The notes below the pieces were generated by a model that had not been told where the DNA came from, searched no databases, and worked only from the letters and a program-made list of their open reading frames with translations. A program made the translations under genes and the position numbers. Positions 32,475 to 40,857 of a stretch of DNA of 64,000 bases are shown here, in pieces (the first letter of the stretch is position 1; the number at the start of each line of letters is the position of its first letter). This DNA is from Acidimicrobiia bacterium (GTDB lineage Bacteria; Actinomycetota; Acidimicrobiia; Spongiisociales; ZC4RG35). Location: contig DASVDX010000071.1 in the NCBI GenBank assembly GCA_036380875.1, positions 4,041-68,040 on the forward strand. Direction: 5' to 3'.

Positions 32475-33794
32475 ATGCTCGACCGGGCCGCCGGCGTGAA
32501 GATCGTCCTCTACAAGCTCTACAAGAACATCTCGACGAGCCTGTGGCTGATCCCGGTCCTCTGTGTCCTGGTGGGGATCGGCCTCTCCTTCGCCACGATC
32601 GCGCTCGACAGGGCAAACGACTATCGACTCCTGCCCCCATCGCTGGTCGGAGGGCCGGAGGCGGCGGTGGCGATCCTGACGACGGTGGCCGCTTCGATGG
32701 TGAACCTGGCGGTACTCGTGCTGACGATCGTGCTGGTGGTCGTACAACTCGCCATGGGCCAGTTCTCGCCCCGGATCGTTCAGCGTCTCCTGCGGGACAG
32801 GCCCAGTCAGTTCGCCATCGGCCTGTTCGTCGCCACTTTCGTGCATACGTTGCTGGCGATCCGCGAAGTCGATCCCGACGGTCCCGACGGACAGGGTCAG
32901 GTCCCGGGCGCGGCCATCGTCGTCACGTTCCTCCTGGCGCTCGTCAGCATCGCCGTCCTGGTGGTGTACATCCACCACATCGGCCGGGCGTTGAGGGTGT
33001 CGGCTCTCGTCGAGATCGCGGGGGATGAGACCCGCCAGCTAGTGGATCGTGTCTATCCCCAGGAGAACGACAGGGAAGAGGATCCGGGGGCGATCTGTGC
33101 CACCAAGTCTGGCGTGGTCACGAAGATCGCCTACAACCACCTCATAGAGGCGGCCAAGAAGGGCGACTGTGTCCTGGAGATGGTGCCTGCGCTGGGGGAG
33201 TTCGTTCCGGCTGGAAGCGAGCTCTTCGTGATACGAGGAGAGCCGGACCGAGTCGACCGAGACGCCGTCCTGAGTGCCGTGATCCTCGATCTGGAGCGGA
33301 ATCTGGAACAGGACGTCGCCTACGGGATCCGCCTTCTCGTGGACATGGGGATCCGAGCGTTGGCGGACGGGCCGTGGCTCGATCCGACCACCGCCGTGCA
33401 GGCCGTCGACCGCATCCACGACTGCTTGCGGGAGTTGTCCCGCCGTACCTTCCACGACGGGTGCCATCACGACGACGAGGGAAACCTCAGGCTCATCGAG
33501 AGAGTGTCGACCTGGGAGGACTACGTCCACCTCGCCTTCGTCGAGTTGCGGATGGCGGGGGCAGGCTCACCTCAGGTCGCCCGGCGGTTGGCGGCAGCAC
33601 TCGAGGACCTGGAACGAGTCGCCCCTGGCGAGAGGCGGGCGGTTGTCGAGGAACAGCTCGAGCTGCTGAAGGAAGCGGTGGCAGCGACCTACCAAGACCC
33701 CCGCGACGTCCATCTCGCCAGCGATTCGGACCCGAGCGGGCTCGGTGCGGGAGTGGGTGCCGCCGGCAACGCCTCGGCCCGGCGCCGAGCCTGA
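32475..33794 (+). CDS. DUF2254-family membrane protein
   Basis: It has two N-terminal TM pairs with the conserved QFSPR motif, and a large soluble C-terminal domain. Confidence 0.65.
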   Translation: MLDRAAGVKIVLYKLYKNISTSLWLIPVLCVLVGIGLSFATIALDRANDYRLLPPSLVGGPEAAVAILTTVAASMVNLAVLVLTIVLVVVQLAMGQFSPRIVQRLLRDRPSQFAIGLFVATFVHTLLAIREVDPDGPDGQGQVPGAAIVVTFLLALVSIAVLVVYIHHIGRALRVSALVEIAGDETRQLVDRVYPQENDREEDPGAICATKSGVVTKIAYNHLIEAAKKGDCVLEMVPALGEFVPAGSELFVIRGEPDRVDRDAVLSAVILDLERNLEQDVAYGIRLLVDMGIRALADGPWLDPTTAVQAVDRIHDCLRELSRRTFHDGCHHDDEGNLRLIERVSTWEDYVHLAFVELRMAGAGSPQVARRLAAALEDLERVAPGERRAVVEEQLELLKEAVAATYQDPRDVHLASDSDPSGLGAGVGAAGNASARRRA

Positions 33795-33932
33795 TCCGGA
33801 GGCGGTCCGGGCTTGGCTCCGCGCAATGCCGCCGCAACCGGCACACCGCCTCATAGGGTGGATGACTACCGAGATCCCGCACGTTCGAGTGCCGAGATTC
33901 CACGGTGTCGCATGCTGAGCTCCCAGGCCAAC

Positions 33933-33975
33933 GACGCGGCGCCGCGGTGACCAAAACAGTCCGCGGCGCCGCGTC
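33933..33975. terminator. Perfect 15-bp inverted repeat with a 13-nt loop (GACGCGGCGCCGCGG ... CCGCGGCGCCGCGTC) between convergent genes
   Basis: I read the palindrome directly in the sequence. It sits between the end of the DUF2254 gene and the end of a minus-strand membrane-protein gene. No U-tract follows. Confidence 0.45.
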
Positions 33976-33994
33976 GAGGTGGTGAGATGGAGAT

Positions 33995-34666
33995 TCACTC
34001 GGGCTGGGTCGGCTCCGGGTCACGGCTCATCGCGTAGGCGAGGTAGCCGAAAGCGACGACACCCAGGCTCTGCTTGACAGCTGCGATGGCCTGGCCTCCA
34101 GGTGCGGCCATCTCCATGAGGAAGGCGGCAATCACCGCGCCGAGGACCCAGAGGGGGACCACTCCCGCTCGCTTCAATCCGATGAATGCGAGCAAGAGCC
34201 CGAACCCGAAACTGACGATGAAGAGGAACGAGACCGCAAGGCTGGGAGCCTCGTTGAGGTACTGCACCACACCTGCGAGGTCGGGCTCCGACAGCCCTGT
34301 GCCCGGAAGAGCGGCGACAACCAGGTAGAAGGTCGCAGCCATCGCATGCCCCAGCGCTCCCATCACCAAGAGCACCGCCCCTGCGTTTGCGAACGCAGCG
34401 CCCCGGGCCGGCGTCAGCCTGACAATCGCCACCGTCGCCGGGATGAGCAGCACCGACGAGAACAGAAGAAGAAGTGACGAGGTCGTCAAGGCTCCCGAGT
34501 TCGAGGTCGCCGCTGACAGGAGGTTCTCCGCTGTTCCGTCTCCCACGGGGTCGAGAAGATCGGAGAGAAGCAGAAGCACCCCGAATCCGGCTGTGGACAG
34601 CACGGTCACGATGTGGCGGAGTCTGCCGGTCCGTGCCGGTCTAGTTGCAGCTTGGGTCGAACTCAT
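33995..34666 (-). CDS. Hypothetical polytopic membrane protein
   Basis: It is 223 aa with 5-6 hydrophobic helices. I recognise no motif. Confidence 0.5.
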   Translation of the reverse strand: MSSTQAATRPARTGRLRHIVTVLSTAGFGVLLLLSDLLDPVGDGTAENLLSAATSNSGALTTSSLLLLFSSVLLIPATVAIVRLTPARGAAFANAGAVLLVMGALGHAMAATFYLVVAALPGTGLSEPDLAGVVQYLNEAPSLAVSFLFIVSFGFGLLLAFIGLKRAGVVPLWVLGAVIAAFLMEMAAPGGQAIAAVKQSLGVVAFGYLAYAMSRDPEPTQPE

Positions 34667-34875
34667 CGTTGAGATCGCCTTTCGTCAGGGGTCCGGCTGT
34701 TCCGGACCGTCAGCCACCGAACGTACGGAAGGTCACCTCAGATGGCATCGGAGCAGCGGCCGAATCTCAGAGCGTGGGGGAGGAAACCTGGGAGGAAGGA
34801 TCTCCACCTCCGGTTGCAGGCACTCTCCACCTGCAGGTGGTTGTCCGGTCGTGGGAGCGGACTTATGGTGCGACC

Positions 34876-36066
34876 GTGTCGACCGCCACCACCAATAGCC
34901 GCCGGTTCGTCCGTGCATTCGGCAGCCCAGGGGATGTCCTCCTCGCAGTCGGCCTCGCCGCATTCGCACTGGCCGAGCTGTCGGGACTGCCGGGGTTGCC
35001 CCGGGGCGTCACCATCCCGGGCGCGACGTTGATGACCATCCCGCTCCTCTGGAGGAGGCACCTGCCCGTCACGGTGGCTGCGACCGTCTCCGGCGCGTTC
35101 GCAGCCCAGACACTCCTGGGTGTGCCCCACAACGCCCAGCTGGCGTCGTTGGTCGCGGTGCTGGTGGCGTCCTACAGCGTCGGAAGCCACGCCGAGAAAC
35201 GGCGGTCGCTGTGGGGGCTGGCCATCATCGGGACTTCAGCAATCGTGACCGTGCCGGCCAACCCGGGGTGGGCGGTATCCGACTTCGGGTTCGCGGGGTT
35301 GGTGGTCGTCGGGGCGTGGCTCGCAGGGCGGCTGGTCAGAACCCGGACAGTCGAAGCCCGCACACACGAGAGTCGGGCGGCGGCGCTGGCAGCCGCGAGC
35401 GAGGAGCGTGCTCGTCAGGCCATCGAAGCGGAGCGTCGACGGATCGCCCGTGAGCTCCACGACGTCGTCGCCCACAACTTGAGCCTGATGGTGCTCCAGG
35501 CAGGCGCCGCGGAGCAGGTCGTCAGAACCGACCCTGCCCGGGCGCTGGTGCCTCTGCGCACGATTCAGGAGACCGGCCGCCGCGCCCTGACCGATATGAA
35601 GCTCCTGCTGGGCATCCTACGTGGGTCCGAACCGCACGAAGGCCTCCGCCCCCAGCCCGGCATCGACGACATCGGCGAGCTGATCGACCATGTGAGAGAC
35701 AGTGGGCTCTCGGTGAAGATGACCACCGAAGGGACACCCCAGCCGGTCACCGCCGGTGTCGGCCTCTCCGCGTACAGGGTCGTGCAGGAGGCGCTGACGA
35801 ACGTGATGAAGCACGCACCCGCCGCCGACGTGTCCGTCTGTCTCCCCTATTCGGGCGATCGGCTGGACATCGACGTGACAAACACGGGGCCGGTGGAGGC
35901 CGAGGCGCCGGGTGAAGAGTCGGGGCTGCGCGGGATGCGGGATCGAGTCGAGTTGTTCGGAGGCGAGCTGTCGGCCGGACCCACCGCCGAAGGAGGCTTC
36001 TACGTCCACGCCCAGCTCCCCGTCCGCACACCAGCCAGTGAGCATGATTCGGGTTCTGTTGTGTGA
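34876..36066 (+). CDS. NarL-type sensor histidine kinase (HisKA_3)
   Basis: It has 4-5 N-terminal TM helices, an H-box (RRIARELHDVVAHNLS) and a HATPase_c region. The start is uncertain; the ORF is open from 34645 and overlaps the convergent gene. Confidence 0.75.
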   Translation: MSTATTNSRRFVRAFGSPGDVLLAVGLAAFALAELSGLPGLPRGVTIPGATLMTIPLLWRRHLPVTVAATVSGAFAAQTLLGVPHNAQLASLVAVLVASYSVGSHAEKRRSLWGLAIIGTSAIVTVPANPGWAVSDFGFAGLVVVGAWLAGRLVRTRTVEARTHESRAAALAAASEERARQAIEAERRRIARELHDVVAHNLSLMVLQAGAAEQVVRTDPARALVPLRTIQETGRRALTDMKLLLGILRGSEPHEGLRPQPGIDDIGELIDHVRDSGLSVKMTTEGTPQPVTAGVGLSAYRVVQEALTNVMKHAPAADVSVCLPYSGDRLDIDVTNTGPVEAEAPGEESGLRGMRDRVELFGGELSAGPTAEGGFYVHAQLPVRTPASEHDSGSVV

Positions 36067-36697
36067 CGACCAGGCCCTGGTGCGAGCAGGGCTGCGGATG
36101 ATCCTCGAGGCAGGCGGCGACTTCGCCGTGATCGGAGAGGCTGGCGACGGCTACGAGGCGGTCGACCTGGCACGCCAGCTGTCGCCCGATGTGGTGCTGA
36201 TGGACATCCGCATGCCCCAGCTCGACGGCATCGAAGCCACCCGGCGGCTGCTGGAGGGAGCCGGCGCAGGATGCAAGATCCTGATCCTCACCACCTTCGA
36301 CACCGACGACTACGTCTACGACGCCCTCAAGGCGGGGGCGAGCGGCTTCATGTTGAAGTCGGCGCCGCCGGCTGAGCTGACCCGGGCGGTGCGCCTCGTC
36401 TACGAGGACCAGGCTCTATTGGCTCCCGAGATAACCCGCCGGCTGATAGAGGAATACGTCAACCGGCCGAGCGCGCCGACCGAGACCGGCTTCCCCGAGC
36501 TCACGGAACGCGAGATCGAGGTTCTGCGTCACCTGGCCCAGGGGATGACCAACACTGAGATATCCGACGCGCTTTTCATCAGCCACGCGACCGTGAAATC
36601 GCACATCAATCGGATCTTCGCCAAGCTGGGCCTGCGGGACAGGGTACAAGCGGTGATCGTCGCCTACGAGCGGGGATTGGTGACACCCGGCGGGTAG
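36044..36697 (+). CDS. LuxR/NarL-family response regulator
   Basis: It has a REC domain (phospho-acceptor D in VVLMDIRMP) and a C-terminal LuxR HTH (LTEREIEVLRHLAQGMTNTEIS). It overlaps the kinase stop. Confidence 0.85.
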   Translation: MIRVLLCDDQALVRAGLRMILEAGGDFAVIGEAGDGYEAVDLARQLSPDVVLMDIRMPQLDGIEATRRLLEGAGAGCKILILTTFDTDDYVYDALKAGASGFMLKSAPPAELTRAVRLVYEDQALLAPEITRRLIEEYVNRPSAPTETGFPELTEREIEVLRHLAQGMTNTEISDALFISHATVKSHINRIFAKLGLRDRVQAVIVAYERGLVTPGG

Positions 36698-36755
36698 ACG
36701 CCCTCCTCGGCACAACCAAGGAGCAGCACCAGCAAGGGATCGGCCAGCCTCCTGG

Positions 36756-36893
36756 GTGGCTCCCAAGGTCGTGCAGGAAACGCTCGGCCATGCGTCCATC
36801 CGCGTCGCGATGGACATCCACGCGAGCGCTCTGCCGAACACGCAACGGCAGGCGATCGGTCGTCTCCCCGCCATGATGGGAGACGGCTACCGA
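36756..36893 (+). pseudogene. Remnant of the C-terminal end of a tyrosine recombinase (phage-type integrase)
   Basis: The translated segment VVQETLGHASIRVAMDIHASALPNTQRQAIGRL matches the extreme C-terminus of phage integrases (..LGHSSIxxTxDxYSHVxP..), but with the catalytic Tyr position replaced. There is no upstream integrase body. It directly abuts the 3' end of tRNA-Pro. Confidence 0.55.
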
Positions 36894-36985
36894 TGGAATG
36901 TGTTCAGGCCGTGTTCAAAGGGCGAATTCGGAGTGTCGGCGGGTCGCCTCAGACAGGGGAAACCCGCTCAACGGAGCGGGTTTCC

Positions 36986-37062
36986 TGGTCGGGCCGGCGG
37001 GATTTGAACCCACGACCTCTTGACCCCCAGTCAAGCGCGCTACCAAGCTGCGCCACGGCCCG
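36986..37062 (-). tRNA. tRNA-Pro (anticodon GGG), CCA encoded
   Basis: I folded it by hand: acceptor CGGGCCG/CGGCCCG, D-arm GCGC-AGCTTGGTA-GCGC, anticodon stem CTTGA/TCAAG with loop CTGGGGG (anticodon GGG), T-arm GGGTTCAAATCC, discriminator A, then CCA. Confidence 0.85.
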
Positions 37063-37162
37063 TGGAAGCCTGATGATACCCGCCCCCACATGTTCCTCCT
37101 ATCCGAGCGAATCCGACGGATCAGGCGTCGTAGACACGACCGAGCCTCATAGAGTTCCTGGC

Positions 37163-37678
37163 ATGGAAACGTGGGACGCCATCAGGGCCCGTAGGAACGT
37201 CAGGCAGTTCGAATCGACTCCGGTTTCGAAGGAGGATCTCGATCGGATCCTCGAGGCGGCGCGGCGGGCGCCGTCGGCCAGCAACGCACAGAACTGGGAC
37301 TTCATCTTGGTCACCGACCCTGAGAAGTTGCAGCGGCTGTCCGGCGTCTGGCGAGGGGCGTGGCACGTCGCCGGTGCCCCTGCGGCAATTGCCTCCGTCA
37401 TCCCACGATTCGACGGGGAACGGGAACGCATCCTCGCCTGGTTCGACCTAGGTCACGCGGTGATGTCGATGATGATCATGGCGGCCGATCTCGGGCTCGG
37501 TACCGGTCATGCCGCAGTGCAGGACCAGGACATGGCACGGGAGATCCTCGGCTACCCCGAGGACCGGGAGTGCGCCATGATGCTTTCGGTGGGCTATCCG
37601 GCCGATCGCCCGATCAGACCGATCGCCAAGCCGGACCGTCGTCCTTTCGAAGAAGTGGTGCACCGGGAAACCTGGTGA
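37163..37678 (+). CDS. Nitroreductase-family protein
   Basis: The Trp in METWDAIRARRNVRQF matches the nitroreductase N-terminal signature, and the FMN-binding fold is present. Confidence 0.7.
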   Translation: METWDAIRARRNVRQFESTPVSKEDLDRILEAARRAPSASNAQNWDFILVTDPEKLQRLSGVWRGAWHVAGAPAAIASVIPRFDGERERILAWFDLGHAVMSMMIMAADLGLGTGHAAVQDQDMAREILGYPEDRECAMMLSVGYPADRPIRPIAKPDRRPFEEVVHRETW

Positions 37679-37898
37679 CCGCCGTCTCGACCGATCAGAT
37701 CTCTGGAAGCGGGTCCGGCCGACTGCCACCTTCCTGAGCGGTCTTTCGGCGCCCGTTGAGCAGGGCGAGCCATCCCCATGTCAGCTTCTTCGCCGGCCTG
37801 ATCGTTCCCCCCGGCGAGGCAGCGGCGGGCTCCGTGTCGGTCGCCGCTCGCTGATAGCGATGCCCTTGCAGGGCCCGTGCCGTCCGGTACTGGAACAT

Positions 37899-37914
37899 CC
37901 TTCGTCCCATTTCG
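37899..37914. repeat. Copy 1 of the direct repeat CCTTCGTCCC(A)TTTCG inside the long non-coding stretch
   Basis: A second copy (CCTTCGTCCCTTTCG) lies at 38179-38193, 280 nt downstream. It is embedded in an inverted repeat GTCCGGTACT...AGTACCGGAC (37882-37945). Confidence 0.5.
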
Positions 37915-38178
37915 ATGCCCTTCCGGGAGGGAGGAGTACCGGACGCCACTTGCAATCCACCATCAGCCCACTCAACGGTGGCGGGGGGTTCAGCCGCTCC
38001 GCAAGTCGGCGAGGGTGGGGCAATCCTGGCCGAATCCGTAGCGCTGGAAGTCCGACGCTCGAAGAACGCTCAAAATGCGCGCCCCTACCCGGATCGGATA
38101 TCCGGGAGGCTCTTCCGACGGAGAACGAGCAGGGCCATTCCCGCAGGTGAGGACAGTCGGAGTCCTGAGCCGAGTGGA

Positions 38179-38193
38179 CCTTCGTCCCTTTCG
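38179..38193. repeat. Copy 2 of the direct repeat CCTTCGTCCCTTTCG
   Basis: It matches 15 of 16 positions of 37899-37914, with one indel. Confidence 0.5.
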
Positions 38194-38251
38194 CCCGTGT
38201 GGCCAGGCGGTACCGTATTCACGGTGTCGGTCGGAAAAAACAGGAGGCACG

Positions 38252-38692
38252 ATGTGTGACTACTGCGACTGTCGACGTGTACCCGAGATCGCTGACCTCG
38301 GCGCCGAACACGAGAGAATCGAAGAACTCGGCGACGAAGCCCTGCGTCTGGCGAAGGCCGGATCGCCCGAGTTCCCCGCTGCGCTCGATCGCTTGCGTGC
38401 CGCGCTGGAGCCACACGTGACCCGCGAGGAGAAAGGAGTGTTCGCTCAGGCGCGGATCGCCGGCCTCGGCAGTTACTACGTCGACGATCTCGAGGAGGAC
38501 CACCGGCGTTTCGCAACGATCCTCGACGTGGGTGCCGACATCGACGCCATCACACTCGAGCGCCTCCTCGATGATCTCCACCGTCACATCGCCGTCGAGG
38601 AATACGACCTCTTCCCTGCGGCGGTGCAGGTATTGACCGACTCGCAATGGGAGGCGATCGAATCCGGACGTTCCGGGGCGGCAGTCGGGTAG
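38252..38692 (+). CDS. Hemerythrin-like (HHE cation-binding) domain protein
   Basis: It has H...E...H/HxxxE spacing typical of a hemerythrin-like four-helix bundle (EHERIEELGDE...HVTREEKGVF...HRHIAVEEYDLF). The N-terminus carries a CDYCDC cysteine cluster. A strong RBS AGGAGG lies 8 nt upstream. Confidence 0.6.
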   Translation: MCDYCDCRRVPEIADLGAEHERIEELGDEALRLAKAGSPEFPAALDRLRAALEPHVTREEKGVFAQARIAGLGSYYVDDLEEDHRRFATILDVGADIDAITLERLLDDLHRHIAVEEYDLFPAAVQVLTDSQWEAIESGRSGAAVG

Positions 38693-38732
38693 TCGAACGG
38701 GCGGCTCGAGTCGCCCTCACTACCCTGACGGC

Positions 38733-39314
38733 GTGGACGAACGCATCCTCACGATCCCGAACCTGGTTTCGTTCGTCCGACTCCTCGCCATCCCTTACTT
38801 CTGGTGGGTGTTGCTGGCCCAGGGTCGGGTCGGACTGGCCGCTGCCCTGATCTTCCTGATCGGTGGGACCGACTGGGTCGACGGCTATCTCGCCCGCCGC
38901 CTCGACCAGGTTTCGAAGCTCGGAAAGATCCTCGACCCCGTCGCCGACCGGCTGATGATCGCCTCGGCCTTGATCGGAGGGCTCATAGCCGGGGTGGTTC
39001 CATACGTGATCGGGTGGCCGCTGCTCGCCCGGGAGGCGCTCGTCGGCGGGGCGTCGGTCCTGCTCGTCGCTCGGGGTCACCAGGCCCTCGAGGTCAAGAT
39101 GATGGGGAAGGTGGCGACATTCCTGCTCTACGGTGCCATCGCCTCGTTCTATTTCGTCGCCGCCGACATCCTCGTCTGGATGTTCCTGCCTCCCGCCTGG
39201 CTCGCCGGCATCGTGGGCCTGATCCTCTATTGGTGGGTCGCATTCGAGTACCTGATAGAGGTGCGCCAGGCTCTCGGTTCGTTAGAGTCCTCGTCCAGTG
39301 ATCAGGAGGTTTGA
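38733..39314 (+). CDS. CDP-alcohol phosphatidyltransferase (PgsA/cardiolipin-synthase-type)
   Basis: It has the motif DGYLARR...G...DPVADR and 5-6 TM helices. The start is GTG. Confidence 0.75.
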   Translation: MDERILTIPNLVSFVRLLAIPYFWWVLLAQGRVGLAAALIFLIGGTDWVDGYLARRLDQVSKLGKILDPVADRLMIASALIGGLIAGVVPYVIGWPLLAREALVGGASVLLVARGHQALEVKMMGKVATFLLYGAIASFYFVAADILVWMFLPPAWLAGIVGLILYWWVAFEYLIEVRQALGSLESSSSDQEV

Positions 39315-39695
39315 GTGAACGTCCCGGAGCATCTCCGGTACACCGAAGAGCACGAGTGGGTCGAGGTGCTCGACGACGGAACGGTGAGAGTGGGAATCAC
39401 CGACTATGCCCAGGACCAACTCGGCGACGTCGTGTACGTCGAACTGCCCGAGGCGGGCACCGAGTTCGAGAAGGGGGCGATGGTGGCCGAGGTGGAGTCG
39501 ACCAAGTCGGTCGCCGAGATCTACGCCCCGCTGACCGGCACCGTGACGGCCGTCAACACCCAACTGGTGGACTCGCCGGACCTCGTGAACCGCGATCCGT
39601 ACGGAGAAGGCTGGTTCGTGACGATGACCCCCGGCGATGGTTTCGACCCAAACGACCTTCTGGACGCCGCCGCTTACACCCGTCTGATCGAATGA
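39315..39695 (+). CDS. gcvH: Glycine cleavage system H protein
   Basis: It has the lipoyl-lysine motif ESTKSV and the conserved YTEEHEWV N-terminus. Confidence 0.9.
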   Translation: MNVPEHLRYTEEHEWVEVLDDGTVRVGITDYAQDQLGDVVYVELPEAGTEFEKGAMVAEVESTKSVAEIYAPLTGTVTAVNTQLVDSPDLVNRDPYGEGWFVTMTPGDGFDPNDLLDAAAYTRLIE

Positions 39696-39728
39696 TGCGA
39701 TCCGGCGGGCGCTTCTAGACTTGCGGCG

Positions 39729-40187
39729 ATGACCTGCCCGAACTGCCAGGCCACGGTCTCGGACGACGCGAATTTCTGTCCCAACTGCGGTACGGAACTC
39801 GACAACGATCCCACGGTCGTCTACCTGCCGCTGGAAGATCGCAAAGAACACCCGCTCACCCCGGCTGAGGCGGCGGCAGTCGAAGGGATCCGGGGCTTCG
39901 CCCTGGTCGTAGAGCAGGGCCCGAGAGCGGGCATGACATTCGTTCTGAACCCGGGCGTCACCACTGTGGGCCGCCACCCCGACAGCGACATCTTCCTCGA
40001 CGACGTCACCGTGTCTCGTCACCATTGCCGGTTCATCGTCCAAGAAGGGAAGCTGTCGGTCGAGGACTCAGGCTCGACGAACGGCACATACGTCAACGAG
40101 TCACGAGTCGACTCGGCAGAGCTCGAGGCAGGCGATGAGGTACTGGTCGGACGATTCCATTTCCTCGTAGTTCACGGCAATGCCTGA
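39729..40187 (+). CDS. FHA-domain protein with an N-terminal zinc ribbon
   Basis: The N-terminus has CPNCQ...CPNCG. The C-terminus has an FHA domain (TTVGRHPDSDIFLDDVTVSRHHCRF...GSTNGTYVN). It sits in the garA-like position after gcvH. Confidence 0.75.
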   Translation: MTCPNCQATVSDDANFCPNCGTELDNDPTVVYLPLEDRKEHPLTPAEAAAVEGIRGFALVVEQGPRAGMTFVLNPGVTTVGRHPDSDIFLDDVTVSRHHCRFIVQEGKLSVEDSGSTNGTYVNESRVDSAELEAGDEVLVGRFHFLVVHGNA

Positions 40188-40857
40188 GGAGACGCTGAGT
40201 ATTGGCGAAGTCATCGAGCTGTTACGGGACGAGTTTCCAGACATCTCGGTATCGAAGCTGCGTTTCCTCGAGTCCCAAGGGCTCGTCTCGCCTGCCCGCG
40301 CCGAAAGCGGCTACCGGCAGTTCGACGAGCAGGATCTGAAGCGCATCCGCTTCATCCTCACCCAGCAACGGGACCACTTCCTGCCCCTCAAGGTGATCAA
40401 GTCGAAGCTCACGCTCTGGGAGCGGGGAGAAGAGCCCGGTCCCGACGACGACAAGCCGGCGAGCGATCCGCTCGAAGCTGAAGGCGAGCCGCTCACGAAG
40501 ACGGACCTCCTCAGGAGATCCGGGCTGAAAGAGGGAGACCTCGACCAGCTCATCGACCACGGCCTGCTGTCGCCGGTCGGCGACTCCACGGTGTTTCCTC
40601 CGGATTCGCTCACGATCGCCATCGAATGCAGGCGCCTCCTCGACGCCGGCCTCGAGCCACGACATCTCCGTGCGGTGCTGCTCGCCGCCCAGCGGGAATC
40701 AGAGCTCCTGCGCCAGCTCACCGCCCACCTGCTGGCTTCGGGGTCGGCGGAATCGCGCTCCCGGGCGAGAGACCTGCTCGCTGCCTGCACCGATTCCGTA
40801 CAAGCGCTCCACCGCGCGATCCTGGCAGCCGAAGTTCGCGCCCTTCTGAACGAATGA
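40180..40857 (+). CDS. MerR-family transcriptional regulator
   Basis: It has an N-terminal MerR HTH (LSIGEVIELL...SKLRFLESQGL). It follows the FHA gene, as in the mycobacterial Rv1827-Rv1828 arrangement. Confidence 0.75.
   Translation: MPEETLSIGEVIELLRDEFPDISVSKLRFLESQGLVSPARAESGYRQFDEQDLKRIRFILTQQRDHFLPLKVIKSKLTLWERGEEPGPDDDKPASDPLEAEGEPLTKTDLLRRSGLKEGDLDQLIDHGLLSPVGDSTVFPPDSLTIAIECRRLLDAGLEPRHLRAVLLAAQRESELLRQLTAHLLASGSAESRSRARDLLAACTDSVQALHRAILAAEVRALLNE

Noticed and set aside
37940-37990. GGTGGCGGGGGGTTC segment that superficially recalls the T-arm / 3' end of tmRNA or a tRNA on the minus strand.
   Set aside because: It has no GTTCGAATCC T-loop, no acceptor-stem complement and no CCA. 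It cannot be folded into a tRNA-like domain.
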